A stretch of 64,000 nucleotides of DNA from Azolla caroliniana (taxonomy: Eukaryota > Plantae > Polypodiophyta), in the NCBI GenBank assembly GCA_043228905.1, contig JBHGNT010000014.1, positions 13,392,001 through 13,456,000 of the forward strand, given 5' to 3'. Shown here in pieces: positions 13,200 through 25,196 of this stretch. Within the stretch, counting starts at the first letter, position 1. Every line of letters begins with the position of its first letter. Under the pieces are notes generated by a model. That model was not told where the DNA came from. It made no database searches and saw only the letters and a list, made by a program, of their open reading frames with translations. Both the position numbers and the translations under genes were made by a program.

Positions 13200-13950
13200 T
13201 GCTACCATAGGTGCCTAAGTTTCATTTGTCCTTGAGCGTAATATTTGTTTTCATTCTGAACATGGCTCAACATGCCGATTGTCACATCCTATGTTCGACT
13301 AATTATCCCTTTCAATAATTTTTTATCTTCATGAAAAGTGATAAATAAATCATTCACATCATTGCATAGCCGATAAAGGATCGGATTCATTAATGATTCT
13401 TCATCCCAAATAATATTAGATGCACAAGGAGGCAAATTTCTATTGCATAAGCCGAGCTAGAGAGATTTGCTTGTTTGAATCTTCAAATATTGTTGATTGC
13501 AGTCTTAAACTATTCATATCTCCAAAACTTTCTTGGGATTCCTCAATGAATACATTAAAATCATCTAATAAGGGAGAGTTCTTTTTTAATGATGGTACAA
13601 ACCATTCACATATTATACCTTTCAATAGTGTTCCTACTAAACTAACTCAAGCACATATGTCGGAATGCATCTAGATGACAAGGCACATCAAGTTTGTAAA
13701 TCCATGAGTACTATCAAACTTTCTTGATAGGTTGATCTTTGGTTTATTGTGGTGGCTTTGGAACTTGAATTTTATTGATTAAAAGATAATATTTTCATCA
13801 AGTTGGGAAACATGTTTCAAAGTTCATCACGTTGTTGTGTCTCCTCCACACTTAGTTGTCGTAAATCTTCAATAAGTCTCTTGTTTTCTTCCTTTAATAC
13901 TACAAATTTGGATAATAAACGATCTAGTTCAAAGAGAACGTGCATGTATT
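13200..13950 (-). pseudogene. Ty3/gypsy (chromovirus-type) gag relic
   Basis: Fragments PKINLSRKFDST and WFVPSLKKNSPLLDDFNVFIEE..ESFGD resemble the Retrotrans_gag of Tcn1/Tf2-like elements; boundaries approximate. Confidence 0.65.
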
Positions 13951-15187
13951 GTTGCTTGTTGGTAGATTTCATGGTGATGATGAAACTTGAAGAACTTCCG
14001 AAAATAAGTTATTTGAGTTCAACTTGGTAGCCGAGAACAAGATAGAATGGAGGTAGAGAATAAGAAAATAAGAGAGAAATATGAGGAGAATGTAATCATT
14101 ATAACAATAATTGCAAGCATATGTCAAATATTTGTGTTTAATATGAATTGCTCATCAATGATTAAAGCACTTGCTTATATAGCATGGTTAGACTCTATGC
14201 ATGTTGGCAACCTCACATCCATGCATGACCCCCACTTGGCATTCATACAAGCATGTCATTTGGTGATCATGCGTTAGCCTATTCTAGTGGCAACATCTTG
14301 TAATACATGGCAAGGTAATTGGTTCAAGTTCTCTTAGGACCTCTACATGATGGCTATTGTGGCATTTTGTGTAGGTGTTCATGAGAATCGCTCAAAGTAA
14401 ACTAGGATATTGGCAAGGTTTAAGGGTAAAATGTGAATGGTAAGGAGCAATCCAAATTTGATTCTTGTAATATTGAAGCAAGAAAGGCATAACAAAGCTT
14501 GTATATATGTAATAGTACATCTTGCCACGCATAGGTGATGGCTACACAAATAATTTTCCAATTCACACCAAGCTAATGAGGATGGGCAAGAAACTTTGAA
14601 TCAGATGATGGTGGCTAGCATATGTTGATTACTTGATTCATTCTCGAGGGGACTAGTTCCATGTAACGACATGTCAGCATGTTTGTCGATGCACATGTGA
14701 TAGCTAGCATATAGAATGGTTGTCGGGCATAGCTAGCTAGCTAGCTAGACAGATAGATAGATAGATAGGTTCCATAGAGGACTAGTTCCATGCAGTGAAT
14801 GGTATAGTGTTAGGGAGTCTCTCCATGCATAACAAGTGATGGCGAGCATACTGAATGGCCGAATGATGTGGTCTTTATAGAGAGTTAGTTGGGATGGCCT
14901 CCCAGGAGTGTTGTTCCAGAGAAGAGAAGAGAAGAGAAGAGAAGAGAAGGTCTGTGGGGCAGAGTCCTCTAGGGGCAGTTGAACTTAAAGAAGACTTGGG
15001 TTTTGAAAGGGCATTCATTCATTCATTCAATCATTGTTTTGGTATTGAAGAGAAAGAAGGGGCCAATTCTGTAATTCTGCGGAACATTAGCCTCAGCTTT
15101 CTGTTTCTTATTTCTCTGTTTTCCTTCGCGTTTCTTCTTCTTCTTCTTCTTCTTCTTCTGCGCCGATCCGATCCGATCCGATCCGCC

Positions 15188-15662
15188 ATGGCACACGGGT
15201 ATGTACCGCCTCTCTCTCTCTCTCTCTCTCTCTATTTTTTTTCTACGTCCTGGCTATCTGTTCTTGTCCTGTTTTTTTCTCTCTTTACCGATCTAGTCTC
15301 GTTTCACAGAGTGTTTCATTTCGATCGGTCTTTTGAGGTTTTTTTTTTTTTTTTTTTTTTTTCTCTCGTCACGCGTTTCGTCTGATCGATTCCAGAATTC
15401 CGCATCGTATGTTTCTTCTGATCGATTCCAGAACTTCGCATCGTATGTTTCGTCTGATCGATTTCAGAGTTTCGCGCTTCGTGTTTTCCTTCTGATCGGT
15501 TTTGAGGGTTTTGCATCATGTTTTTCTCTTCGAATCCGTTTTAGGGTTTCATGTAATGTATTTTTCCTCTGATGTATTTAGGATTTCGCTAATTGTGTTT
15601 CTAACCTGTTTCTTTTCTTCTGCAGGTCTTCGAACAGTCGTGTTTCCATGGCGTTTTTCTAG
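15188..15662 (+). promoter_or_regulatory. Candidate spliced uORF MAHGSSNSRVSMAFF* (exons 15188-15198 and 15626-15662, intron 15199-15625)
   Basis: ccgccATGg strong context, GG|GTATGT donor, pyrimidine tract + TGCAG acceptor, CT/CTT-rich 5' leader. Confidence 0.5.
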
Positions 15663-15968
15663 CCTTACGAAAACTCGATCTCGCGATCTCTCCTCTTTCC
15701 TTCGCTTTTCTTTATTACACATTCCTTGTTGTTCTTTGTTTTCCGTTGCCTTTTCTTTTGTTCTGTGCCTTTCCTTTTGCTTCGCGTCACAGTACCTACC
15801 TATTTTGTATATCTTTGTTTTCCTTCTTTTATCTTTCTCTCTGCTCGTTTTTGTTTCTCCTCTTGATTTTTTTTCTTTGTTTTCATTCTCCAGATCAACC
15901 TTTACCTTTCTTTCACACTCCTTTGTTGTGTGCTTGGTTGCGCTTTTTCCGTTTCCAGATCTTGAATC

Positions 15969-16634
15969 ATGATACCTCACATACTTGGCCACGCCGTATC
16001 AGATGTAACAACCTTAGTTCGTCATTACGGACCAAGAATGCAAAGGACATGCAATGAGTGGGTGCAGAGGAGCCTTTCATCGTCAGTTATATGCGGAATA
16101 GGAAGTGGAACCATTGAAGTCCACATGATAAGCAATCAAATCCAGGTCAAAGATTCCACTGCTCCGCCGGCGGTTAAGAAGGGCAGTTATAGGTTCGCCC
16201 CAACAATGTTGACCTATAAACTGCGAAGTGCTAAAAGGCGATCACGTGGACGGGGAGGAGGTAATCGTCGCGATGATGATGATAATGGTGATAATAATGA
16301 TGATGGTGATGGCGATGATGATGGGCCAGGATGGGATGAAGGTGGTTTTGGTGGAAGCAATGGCTGGAATGGAAACGGTGGAAACAATGACAAGTATTGG
16401 GGCTCGTATAATAGTTGGAATCACGAGAATGAGAATGATAATGAATGGTGGGAAGGTGCAAGTGATGCAGTTCTCACTTTCCTCTATCAAGTTGCTTGCT
16501 GGATCTCTCTCTCGCAATGCTTGCAATTTGTGATAAAGAAATTTCTTGATGCTCATGAAGAAACTAAAGGAGTATCAATGGTGGTTGATGATTACTTATC
16601 TTGCTCGATTCGAACGAGTAGTGCTTCTTCATGA
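15969..16634 (+). CDS. Uncharacterised Gly/Asp/Asn-rich plant protein with a hydrophobic C-terminal helix
   Basis: 221-aa ORF with basic-acidic-Gly/Trp low-complexity core and C-terminal DAVLTFLYQVACWISLSQCLQFVIKK; preceded by a gene-like 5' leader and intron. Confidence 0.75.
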   Translation: MIPHILGHAVSDVTTLVRHYGPRMQRTCNEWVQRSLSSSVICGIGSGTIEVHMISNQIQVKDSTAPPAVKKGSYRFAPTMLTYKLRSAKRRSRGRGGGNRRDDDDNGDNNDDGDGDDDGPGWDEGGFGGSNGWNGNGGNNDKYWGSYNSWNHENENDNEWWEGASDAVLTFLYQVACWISLSQCLQFVIKKFLDAHEETKGVSMVVDDYLSCSIRTSSASS

Positions 16635-19581
16635 AAGCAGGTTTTCTCATGTATATATGTCTTTGCTTCTTTCTTGATGTGGATTGGTTGCGGATTATGT
16701 CTAGTGGACTTTGTGTGCTCACAAATAAACTAAAGCAATACCAAATGGTGGTGGACAAAGACAATTACTTCATCCCGAGCACTAAAATCATGTATATACA
16801 TTTGATTCTTTCCTTTGGTTTGTTCGTTGACAATTAGAAAGAACGATATACTGTAATTAACTGCTCACTGGATTAAAGCTTAAGCTTAGAAATCCATGAG
16901 CCCATGTTCATTTCCCAGCTGAAGCACAACAGCTATTTTGTATATATAGTTTCAATTTGTGATTCATCCGAAAAGAACATGTATATATTCTCTTTCTTCC
17001 TGTGAGTCGTATTTAACCTCTGGGATTCTAATTATATTTCTCAGCCTAATCATAACTGTAACTCTTTGTTACAGAGGTAGACTATACTGAGCTATTGTAT
17101 TGAACATAGATTAAGAGATCTATGCTGTTATATGGTACTCCTTTATGGTAATCCTTGCCTTTATTTGAAGACTCTTCCGAGGGTTCACATATTAGTGTTA
17201 GTTGTGTTGCCTTATATAAAATTCTTTAACCTCTTGGTACCCACAAATTATGTTTCCAAGCCTATATCATAACATCGAACTGTCTGTTAGGTCAGTAAAT
17301 CATACTACCCAATTGTGTTCCACGGATTCTTATCAAGGTTGAGTTGGAATGCTGATCTCATGCTAGAATTGGCATTTAAAATGGTTCCACACAATATTAT
17401 GGTCTCTGTTTTTAGTGAATGGCCTGACTAGTAAGGATCATAGGTTCATGGTCTAAGTTGAGTATAAGATTTAACGTGCTTATTTAATATAATGTGTTCT
17501 TAACCATTACTGATAAGTAGTTTATGCGAGCACATGAAATGCCCATGCTTTAATAGTTGTATTCTAACTCCAATGCCATATTTGAACCACATAAAATCCG
17601 AATCCTATAATGTTATGTTCATTTTGTGGTGTTCTTTATCGCACCAGAATGATTACTCAATCGTATGGAAATACATTCATTTGTTGAGAAATGGGCAGGT
17701 GAGCTTCGTAATTCATGAGGCAAGCATTTTTTTGTATGTTATGGAGCTTTTAAAAGTTTGCCTTTATCCTTACATGACCAATGCATGACCATATACATAA
17801 CATATTCATAAAATACCCATGACCATATATTCCATTTTGTGTCCCACCATGAATTCTCCTAGTACAATCTTTGTTAGATGTCTTTTACACATCCATGGCA
17901 TTCAAAAATTGCTCTTAAATTTTATGCACTAGCATGAATTCGAAAAATCATATGACTTTCATGGGAGATCCTTTACATATCCATGGATTAACTTGAGACA
18001 TATGTAAGCTTCACAATTCTATGTCCATTAACTTAAGGCAATTTTCATGAAAGTTCTCATTGGATTCCATGGAGCTAACTATTAACATAATCTCATCATT
18101 AGCATAATTTAACAAGTCATCTTTATCATACCGTTAACTTAAAATTCATTGTTGTGGATATGTGTTAGTATGGTACCATTGGCAACGAAAATAAAAGCAA
18201 AGCAAAATAAAATGAAAGTAATTATTACCCATTTAAGCTGAAAGTAATCATTGGTCACCTAACCAATAGATCTCACTTTATGGCCAATTGGCAAGATGGT
18301 GACCTACCTAAGATATGTAAATATTGACTACTATAAAACATCAAGATGTATCATGTATCTATACATTTGTCCTTAAATCCTTTACCTTATAAAACAACAC
18401 TTGTATTGATATTTCGTAATGTAATCTATTTATACATTATTCTCCAACTATACATATCACCTTACTTTATTTTCCTACTCTTCTTTGTGTTTAACCATAA
18501 GTGGGGAAAGAACAATGAGAGGGAGTAAGAGGAGCGAAGGGTGTATGTCACTATAGGCATAACCTTAAAGATAAAATTTAACGCTAATTTTAATAGTGTA
18601 AGGGTATAATTTTAATAGTGTAAGGGTATGATAAGTGTGAGTTTAGTTATCCTAGAACTTGGGCAAACCAATGAGGACATATGACATTTGAGAACATGTG
18701 GTGTTCTATGAACCTAAGGAATTGGATAACGACATCTTGGGACATAGTTGAAACTTTGTTGATGAAGCAAAGCTCTTTTCTTTCTCTTCCGTTTGTCACA
18801 ACATCCAAAGTATAGCATATAGCAATATTTGGTGATATAGGATAATAGGACAATGATGATATTTTATGTTCATCTAATGGGGACGATTGGTATGGTTAAG
18901 TATAGTTAAACCCTTCTTCTCTTAATCTAAATATTGAACATTGATAAGTACTAATTATTTCTTTCTCTATTTTGTTCTTTTGCTCTTGGACAATCAACGA
19001 GCAATTATCAAAGTATGGTTGTTGATAACCATGAAGTAATTTCTTATTTGAGGCAATGTAGAGGGCTTCTAAAAAGTTTCGCCATGACACCTAAATTGGA
19101 TCTTCTATTTCTGGAATTTCCTTTAAGCATCTTACATAATAACACGATGTTGCCACTTGTAGGTGCCAAGAAGAAGTCATGAACCTGCCATTGGTAGGCC
19201 TAGAAGTGTGTTATTGAGGGATGTTGTATATGTTGCATCAAATGATAATATTTATGATTTTGTGCTCGAATGGATGAAAATACATTATCTATGATTATAG
19301 GAGAGGAAGGAGGTTTTATCACCAAGATTGATTTGCCTTATTCTATTTCCAATTACGTCGTCAAGGAAGCTTTAGAAAGTGTTTTTTCTCCTACATTAGA
19401 TGATGGCATTGTCTATGAGTTAGTTTTTTAAATCTTCTTTGATAAAAGCGAAAGGCCTCATTGAAAGAAACTAGTAGCAAAGAAGGATGATATATATGGG
19501 AAATTCACTGAATAGTCATAGAGATATTGTATAGTCAAGGTAGTTGCATTTGAGATCCCACATCAACGATGCATTGTATAC

Positions 19582-22500
19582 CTAGATTTTAAGACAGAGT
19601 GACATGTCCGAGTTAGTATAACCTTTCAGTGTGGGGTTAGCCGAACCAAAACGAAGATACACGTTCAAGGGGCCTTTTAGATACCAAAGTACCCACTTCA
19701 CAACAACCCAATGCTCTCTTCCGGGGTTGCTCATATATCGGCTAACCACGTTGACTGCGTATCCTATGTCCATCCTGGTACATACCATCGCGTACATTAG
19801 GCTTCCGACTGCTGAGGGATAAGGAACTTTTGACATCTCAACCTTCTCGGTTTTCGATTTCCGACATTGTTCTTTGCTTAGCTTGCAGTTCGTCGACAGT
19901 GTCGAGCTGACCGATTTCACACCTTCCATGCCGAATCTCTGGAGCACCTTTGTCACATATTTTTCTTGTGACAACCACAACAATTTCTTTGTTCAATCCC
20001 GAACAATGTGCATCCCCAGGATTTGCTTTGTCGTACCCATATCCTTCATCGAGAACGATCAGCTCAAGGCCTTCTTTAGCACTCAGATCTTCATATGGTC
20101 CCGTCCGAAAATCAACATGTCGTCCACGTACAACAGGAGGATAAGGAAATATCCTCCGTCGAATTTCTTCATAAATACGCAGTGATCGGCTTGCGTTTTG
20201 TGGTACCCGTTGTCGATAATGAAGGATTCAAATTTTCTATACCATTACTGAGGTGCTTGCTTCAGCCCGTACAGGCTCTTCCTTAATCGGCATACCAGAT
20301 TTTCTTTACCTTTTTCCACGAATCCTTCCGACTGGTGCATGTATATCTCTTCCTCCAAATCTCCTTGGAGGAAGGTAGTCTTGACGTCCAGTTGTTTGAC
20401 TTTGAGATCCATGTTGTTCGCGATGCTCAACATGGTTCGGATTGACGCCATCTTTACGACCGGGGCAAATATTTCATCGAAATGAAAACCCTTCTTCTAC
20501 TAAAAGCCTTTCACGACGATTCATGCTTTGTACCTGGGTGGATTCCCGCCATCTCCCGGTTTCAACTTGTATACTCATTTATTCCGAAGTGCCTTCTTTT
20601 CTCTTAGCAGTTCTGTCAGTTCATATGTGTGGTTTACATGCAAGGAATCCACTCCTCTTGCATGGCACTCAACCACTTTTGGTTGTGGGTATCTTCCTTA
20701 GCTTCTTCAAAGCTTTCCGGCTCCCCCTCATCGGTTAGCAGTACACGCTTTTCATCCGAAACCTTCTGGGGGCCCTCCTTTCTCTTAGGGGATATCTTCG
20801 GCTCCTGTTCGGCACGGTCGGTTCTTCTTCGACTTCTTCGGCCGATTCAAATTCGGTTCCTTGTTCGGCTGTTTCCCCTTGTTCTTCAGTCAGTTCTCGA
20901 TTTTGTTGAGTGTTAACTCGGTCGATTAGCTCAGATTCGATTTCGATCGATTTAGCTTCTACTCCATTCGACCGAGCGTTTGATTCTACTCGGAAGGATG
21001 TTTGATTTTGCTTGCCGGCCAAGCAATCACTGCACTTATCAAGTTGCATGTTTTTCACCTCCGGAATGAGGCTATCCTCGGCAAGCTTTCACATCCCCAT
21101 CTGGTTCATATGGCACAACCTCCTGTGCCACAATTCACCGACCGTTTCGGCTACCACGTTTGCTTCCCCTCGGCATATTCGAGCATTCATTATTTATAAA
21201 GTGTTGGTTTTCTGAGCTCGAGCAACGATCAGGCTTCCTCGGCAGAACTTCATGGCACCATTCTGGATGCTACCCGTGTAGCCTTCATCATGTAACCGAT
21301 CGACTGATATTATGTTCAATCAAACATCTGATACGTGTCTTACATCTCTCAACGGGCTCTCAACACGAGAGTGCACCCGGTTGAGGTTTCCAAACACACA
21401 TCTCCAATGTCGACGATTCGACACGCTCCTTCATTTCCCATCTTTACGGATCCGAGATCTCTGGTTCTATAGGATCAGAAGCACTTTCGGTCAAGGGTTA
21501 GGTGGAATGATGCACCTTAATCAACCACCCATGTTGATTCTTCGCTGGCGAGATTCACTTCATTTTGCTCACTGATAAGCAACAACTCCTCCTCACTCGT
21601 GGCGATTGTTGAGGTGTTCTTTCTATCTGGGATTTTCTTCAGCTCTACACCATCAGCTCCCCCTTTCTCCTTTTAAAAGTGTCGGTAGTTTTTTTGGAAT
21701 TCCTCCAGCTTCCCACAATAGAAGCACTTGGGTCTCCCCCTTGACTTCGACTTGGTCCCCGACTTATCTCGGTTCTAGGGACTTCAATTTCGGCTTCTTC
21801 CCCAAATTGTGTCACCTTCTGTTACTAGGGCCTTCTAGTTGGTATTGAACTCTCGGTTCTTTTGACGAGCTTCTTCGTTTAGCAAGCTCGACTTCACTTG
21901 CTCTAGGAATAAGTGTTTCCCTTCCAGTCTCGCGTTGCCTAACATGACAACCAGCGTTTCCCAACTGTTCAGAAGGGATCTTAGCAACAACACTGTTAAT
22001 ACCTCATTGGCCAGAGGTACTTCTAGAGAGGTGGTTTGGTTCATCAATCCTTGGAAGGCATTGATGTGCTCCGCCATACTGAAGCCATCTTGATACCAGA
22101 GCCTCACGATTTTTCGTAATACTGAGACTCGATTCATGACGTTCTTGTTTTCAAACATGACATCAATCTTCTTCCATAGGACGCTTGCTTCTATTTCTTC
22201 ACCGAAGTTGTTGTATAGACTCATGTCTATAAAACACCTTATATATACAGCTACCTTCAGATGCAACACTTCCCAAGTTGATACATCAATCTTGTCTGGT
22301 CTTTTATCTTCAAACTACACCAATAGCCAACTAGAGGTCTTTGCACAGGAGCATGTCTCTCATGTTTGACTTCCACACTAATTAGTTGGAGCTGGTTAGC
22401 TTAAACATGCCGCCGAACGAGTCTTCCATCGGTTTGATACCACTTTGTTAGGATTCGATCGGCCACAACTGATTGCAAGTTTGTATTCGTGTGCAGAAAT

Positions 22501-22956
22501 CAAATCTAGTACACAGACGAAAAACGTGAAGACACAGAGAAACCGATATTTTATGTGGAAAACCTGAAATGGGAAAAACCACGGGGGTTCCCAAACCCCG
22601 AGAAACAGATCACTATAGTAGAGAGGAAGTACAAATACGAAACTCGGAGGCAACGACCTCAAGTTCTCCTTTGTCTGACAAACGGCTACAGAGTTACACT
22701 CTCACTCTCTCACTCATGGTTACAAAGGCAACGACCTCGTTCTAATTGTTCAATAATGGTCAACTACACCTTACTAAAGTTTGCCCTAGTTGCTTATAAA
22801 CAAAAGCAACTTTCTGGCTATTTACAAGTATAGCCGACAAGGGCATTTTAGACTATTTACAATTATAGTCTTCCGAAACAATTTCGGTTTTTTATTACGA
22901 TTTCGATTTTGGTTTCGGCCTCAGCCTATCGGCCTCGGCCAAGATACTCACCAACA
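19582..22956 (-). mobile_element. Tnt1-like Ty1/copia, 3'-truncated, integrase core deleted
   Basis: 5' LTR 22446-22956 (TG..CA) next to a tRNA-Met PBS (tggtatcaaa); gag 21835-22269; RT motifs QLDVKTTFLQGDLEEEIYM, SLYGLKQAP, KVPYPSAVGSLMYAMVCTR; CSDCLAGKQ joins directly to the post-INT linker. Confidence 0.88.
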
Positions 22957-25196
22957 CGGTACTTCTCTTCCCATCCGGAGGGACATGTTTCCCAATAGTT
23001 TATTAGAGATAAAGCGGTTGCATATAGGAACCTTTTTGGCATGCCTTGGTAATCTTTAACCATAGAGGACAACCCATATGTTATAAAGAACATTCTCTAT
23101 GTACTAACATACACGCATATCAACAGTTGAAAATTAAAAATTAAAAAGTTTCAATTAAAAACATAAATAAATAATAGAAATGGGCAATGATTGTACAAGA
23201 GTGATGCAATTAGAAATGGGCAAAGCGATGTGTTCCTACATTGATAACACCCTATTATGTGATAGTATATGAATGTCGAGATGGAGCATCTATCTGTCCT
23301 TGTTGTCTTCCTTGGCAATATACAATCACAAAATTGAAATTTGTGTAAGAAATTGTTGCGAATGAGCATGTCCCTAGAGCATTTGAAAGTGCTTTTGTAT
23401 GATGTGCATGTTCACCAATTTCTACAACAATTACAAAAGTATGGTGTTTATGCATATAGGAGCATGATGTGCATGTTCGCCAAGTGTTATAACAATTACA
23501 AAAATATGGTCTCTATGCTCAATTCAAGAAGCTTTAATTGCAATGTGGTAGACTAGTAAACACCATGATCCATGCGACGTGTGTGGAGTCAAGGTGGAAG
23601 AACTGCCGAAATCTCAAACGAGCTTGGAATAACAAATCAAAAGGGTGTTAGAAACCACCGACAACAAGATGCAATGAAACTGTTTAAACTTGAGGATATC
23701 CCTCAGATAAATCTTACCAAAAATCCTACATCTTTAACTTCTTATAAATTTTATAATCTATTATGTAATGCCACTGGTTATTGAATTGGGATCATTTAAA
23801 ATGTTTTGGTTTGTGATTTTGAAATTGGCGCAAGAAGTTACATTATGTATTTTATCCAAGATTTACGAAAAGACAAGTTCTTGAATTATTGGTCTGTAAA
23901 AACCACACTATCGAAAGAAGAGTTCATCGTGAGATTCTTTTTAGATTTTTCGAAATGTGATTCTGATCATCACATGAGAAGTTGAAGCCTTCTACTCCTC
24001 CTCGAGCCTTCTCCTTCTCCAATGTTCGAAAAGGAAATAAAATAATAATATGAGTGTACAGGGCTAATGTGCCACATAGATGTAATCATGCAAAGCAAGA
24101 TTTGACCTGTGCATCTATAGAGTTAAAAGCATTGTATTTATTAATAGACAAACCCTTTGCGCACAAAATCAAATATAACAATTTGAGTCCGCAACCCATC
24201 CTCTTTGGTTAAATTCTCCGATGGTCCCACTTCAGTTTCACACACACCTATGTAACTTTGTAACAACACTTCCACTTAAGTGGGCCATTAAGTGCGTTTT
24301 TTCAGAGGTCAAAGTCGAGATAAAAAGAAAGATACTACCTCATGACAATTACATCAAATCAAATTGAGATCATGTTCTAAACATTTAAAAACAACAATAT
24401 CTATCAACAAAAATCATATTTCTAAGTCTTTCTCATTTCATACCAAAATCATGTAAGGTCATTTGCCTACTTTTAGCTACATGCTTAGAAAAATAACAGT
24501 AAAATTTGACTCTTGAATGATTCTATTAGCACTTGATAAATTTGATTTTACTTGCTTTGTGTTTTCTGAACTCAAATATGTTGTTGCCATGATCAAATTG
24601 AGCATGCGTTCACTATCAACAATATGTTGCAATGGTTCGAGAATAATTGTTGAGAATCAAGCTCAACTTGGTCTAGTGTGTGAACTCACCTTGAGAGTGA
24701 ATAGACATTCCAACGGTTAAGAGTCACCATTATGTCACCACTTTGTATTCTAGCATTTAGTATGAGTCATAGAATCATATTCTATGACACATAACTTATG
24801 AGCTTTCACATTCCCCATGCTCCATGAGTCTTGTAGTTAATGAAGAGAGAGGGTGACTATATAAAGCACCCTCCTCCCACCTTGTATAATGTTGAGTCTT
24901 TCTCCTTTATTAATACACTTTACCTTACGTATTCTTTGTGTCTTCTCCTTGTCTCTCTCACTCACACACACTCTCTCTCTCATACACACACAGTTCATAT
25001 CTATTCTGCTGCACAGAATCCATCTCTTGATTCTTTACATGGTATCAGAGCAATTTGGTAGGTCGATCTAGCCCATTCGCCTCATTGTGATCGTGTGTTG
25101 TGCTCCACGCTGACGACCAAGAACCGGCTCATCGCTATCATGGCTTAGCTACATAGCTCGCATTCAAAGAGAGAAAAAGAAGAAGGAGAATCAACA

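Noticed and set aside
14894-16057. Long Phe/Leu/Ser-rich ORFs and their Lys/Glu/Arg-rich antisense ORFs
   Set aside because: They arise from stop-poor pyrimidine-rich leader/intron sequence and microsatellites
23050-24100. Possible DNA-transposon (hAT/CACTA) relic here and at 18640-19560
   Set aside because: No diagnostic catalytic motifs or TIRs could be read by eye
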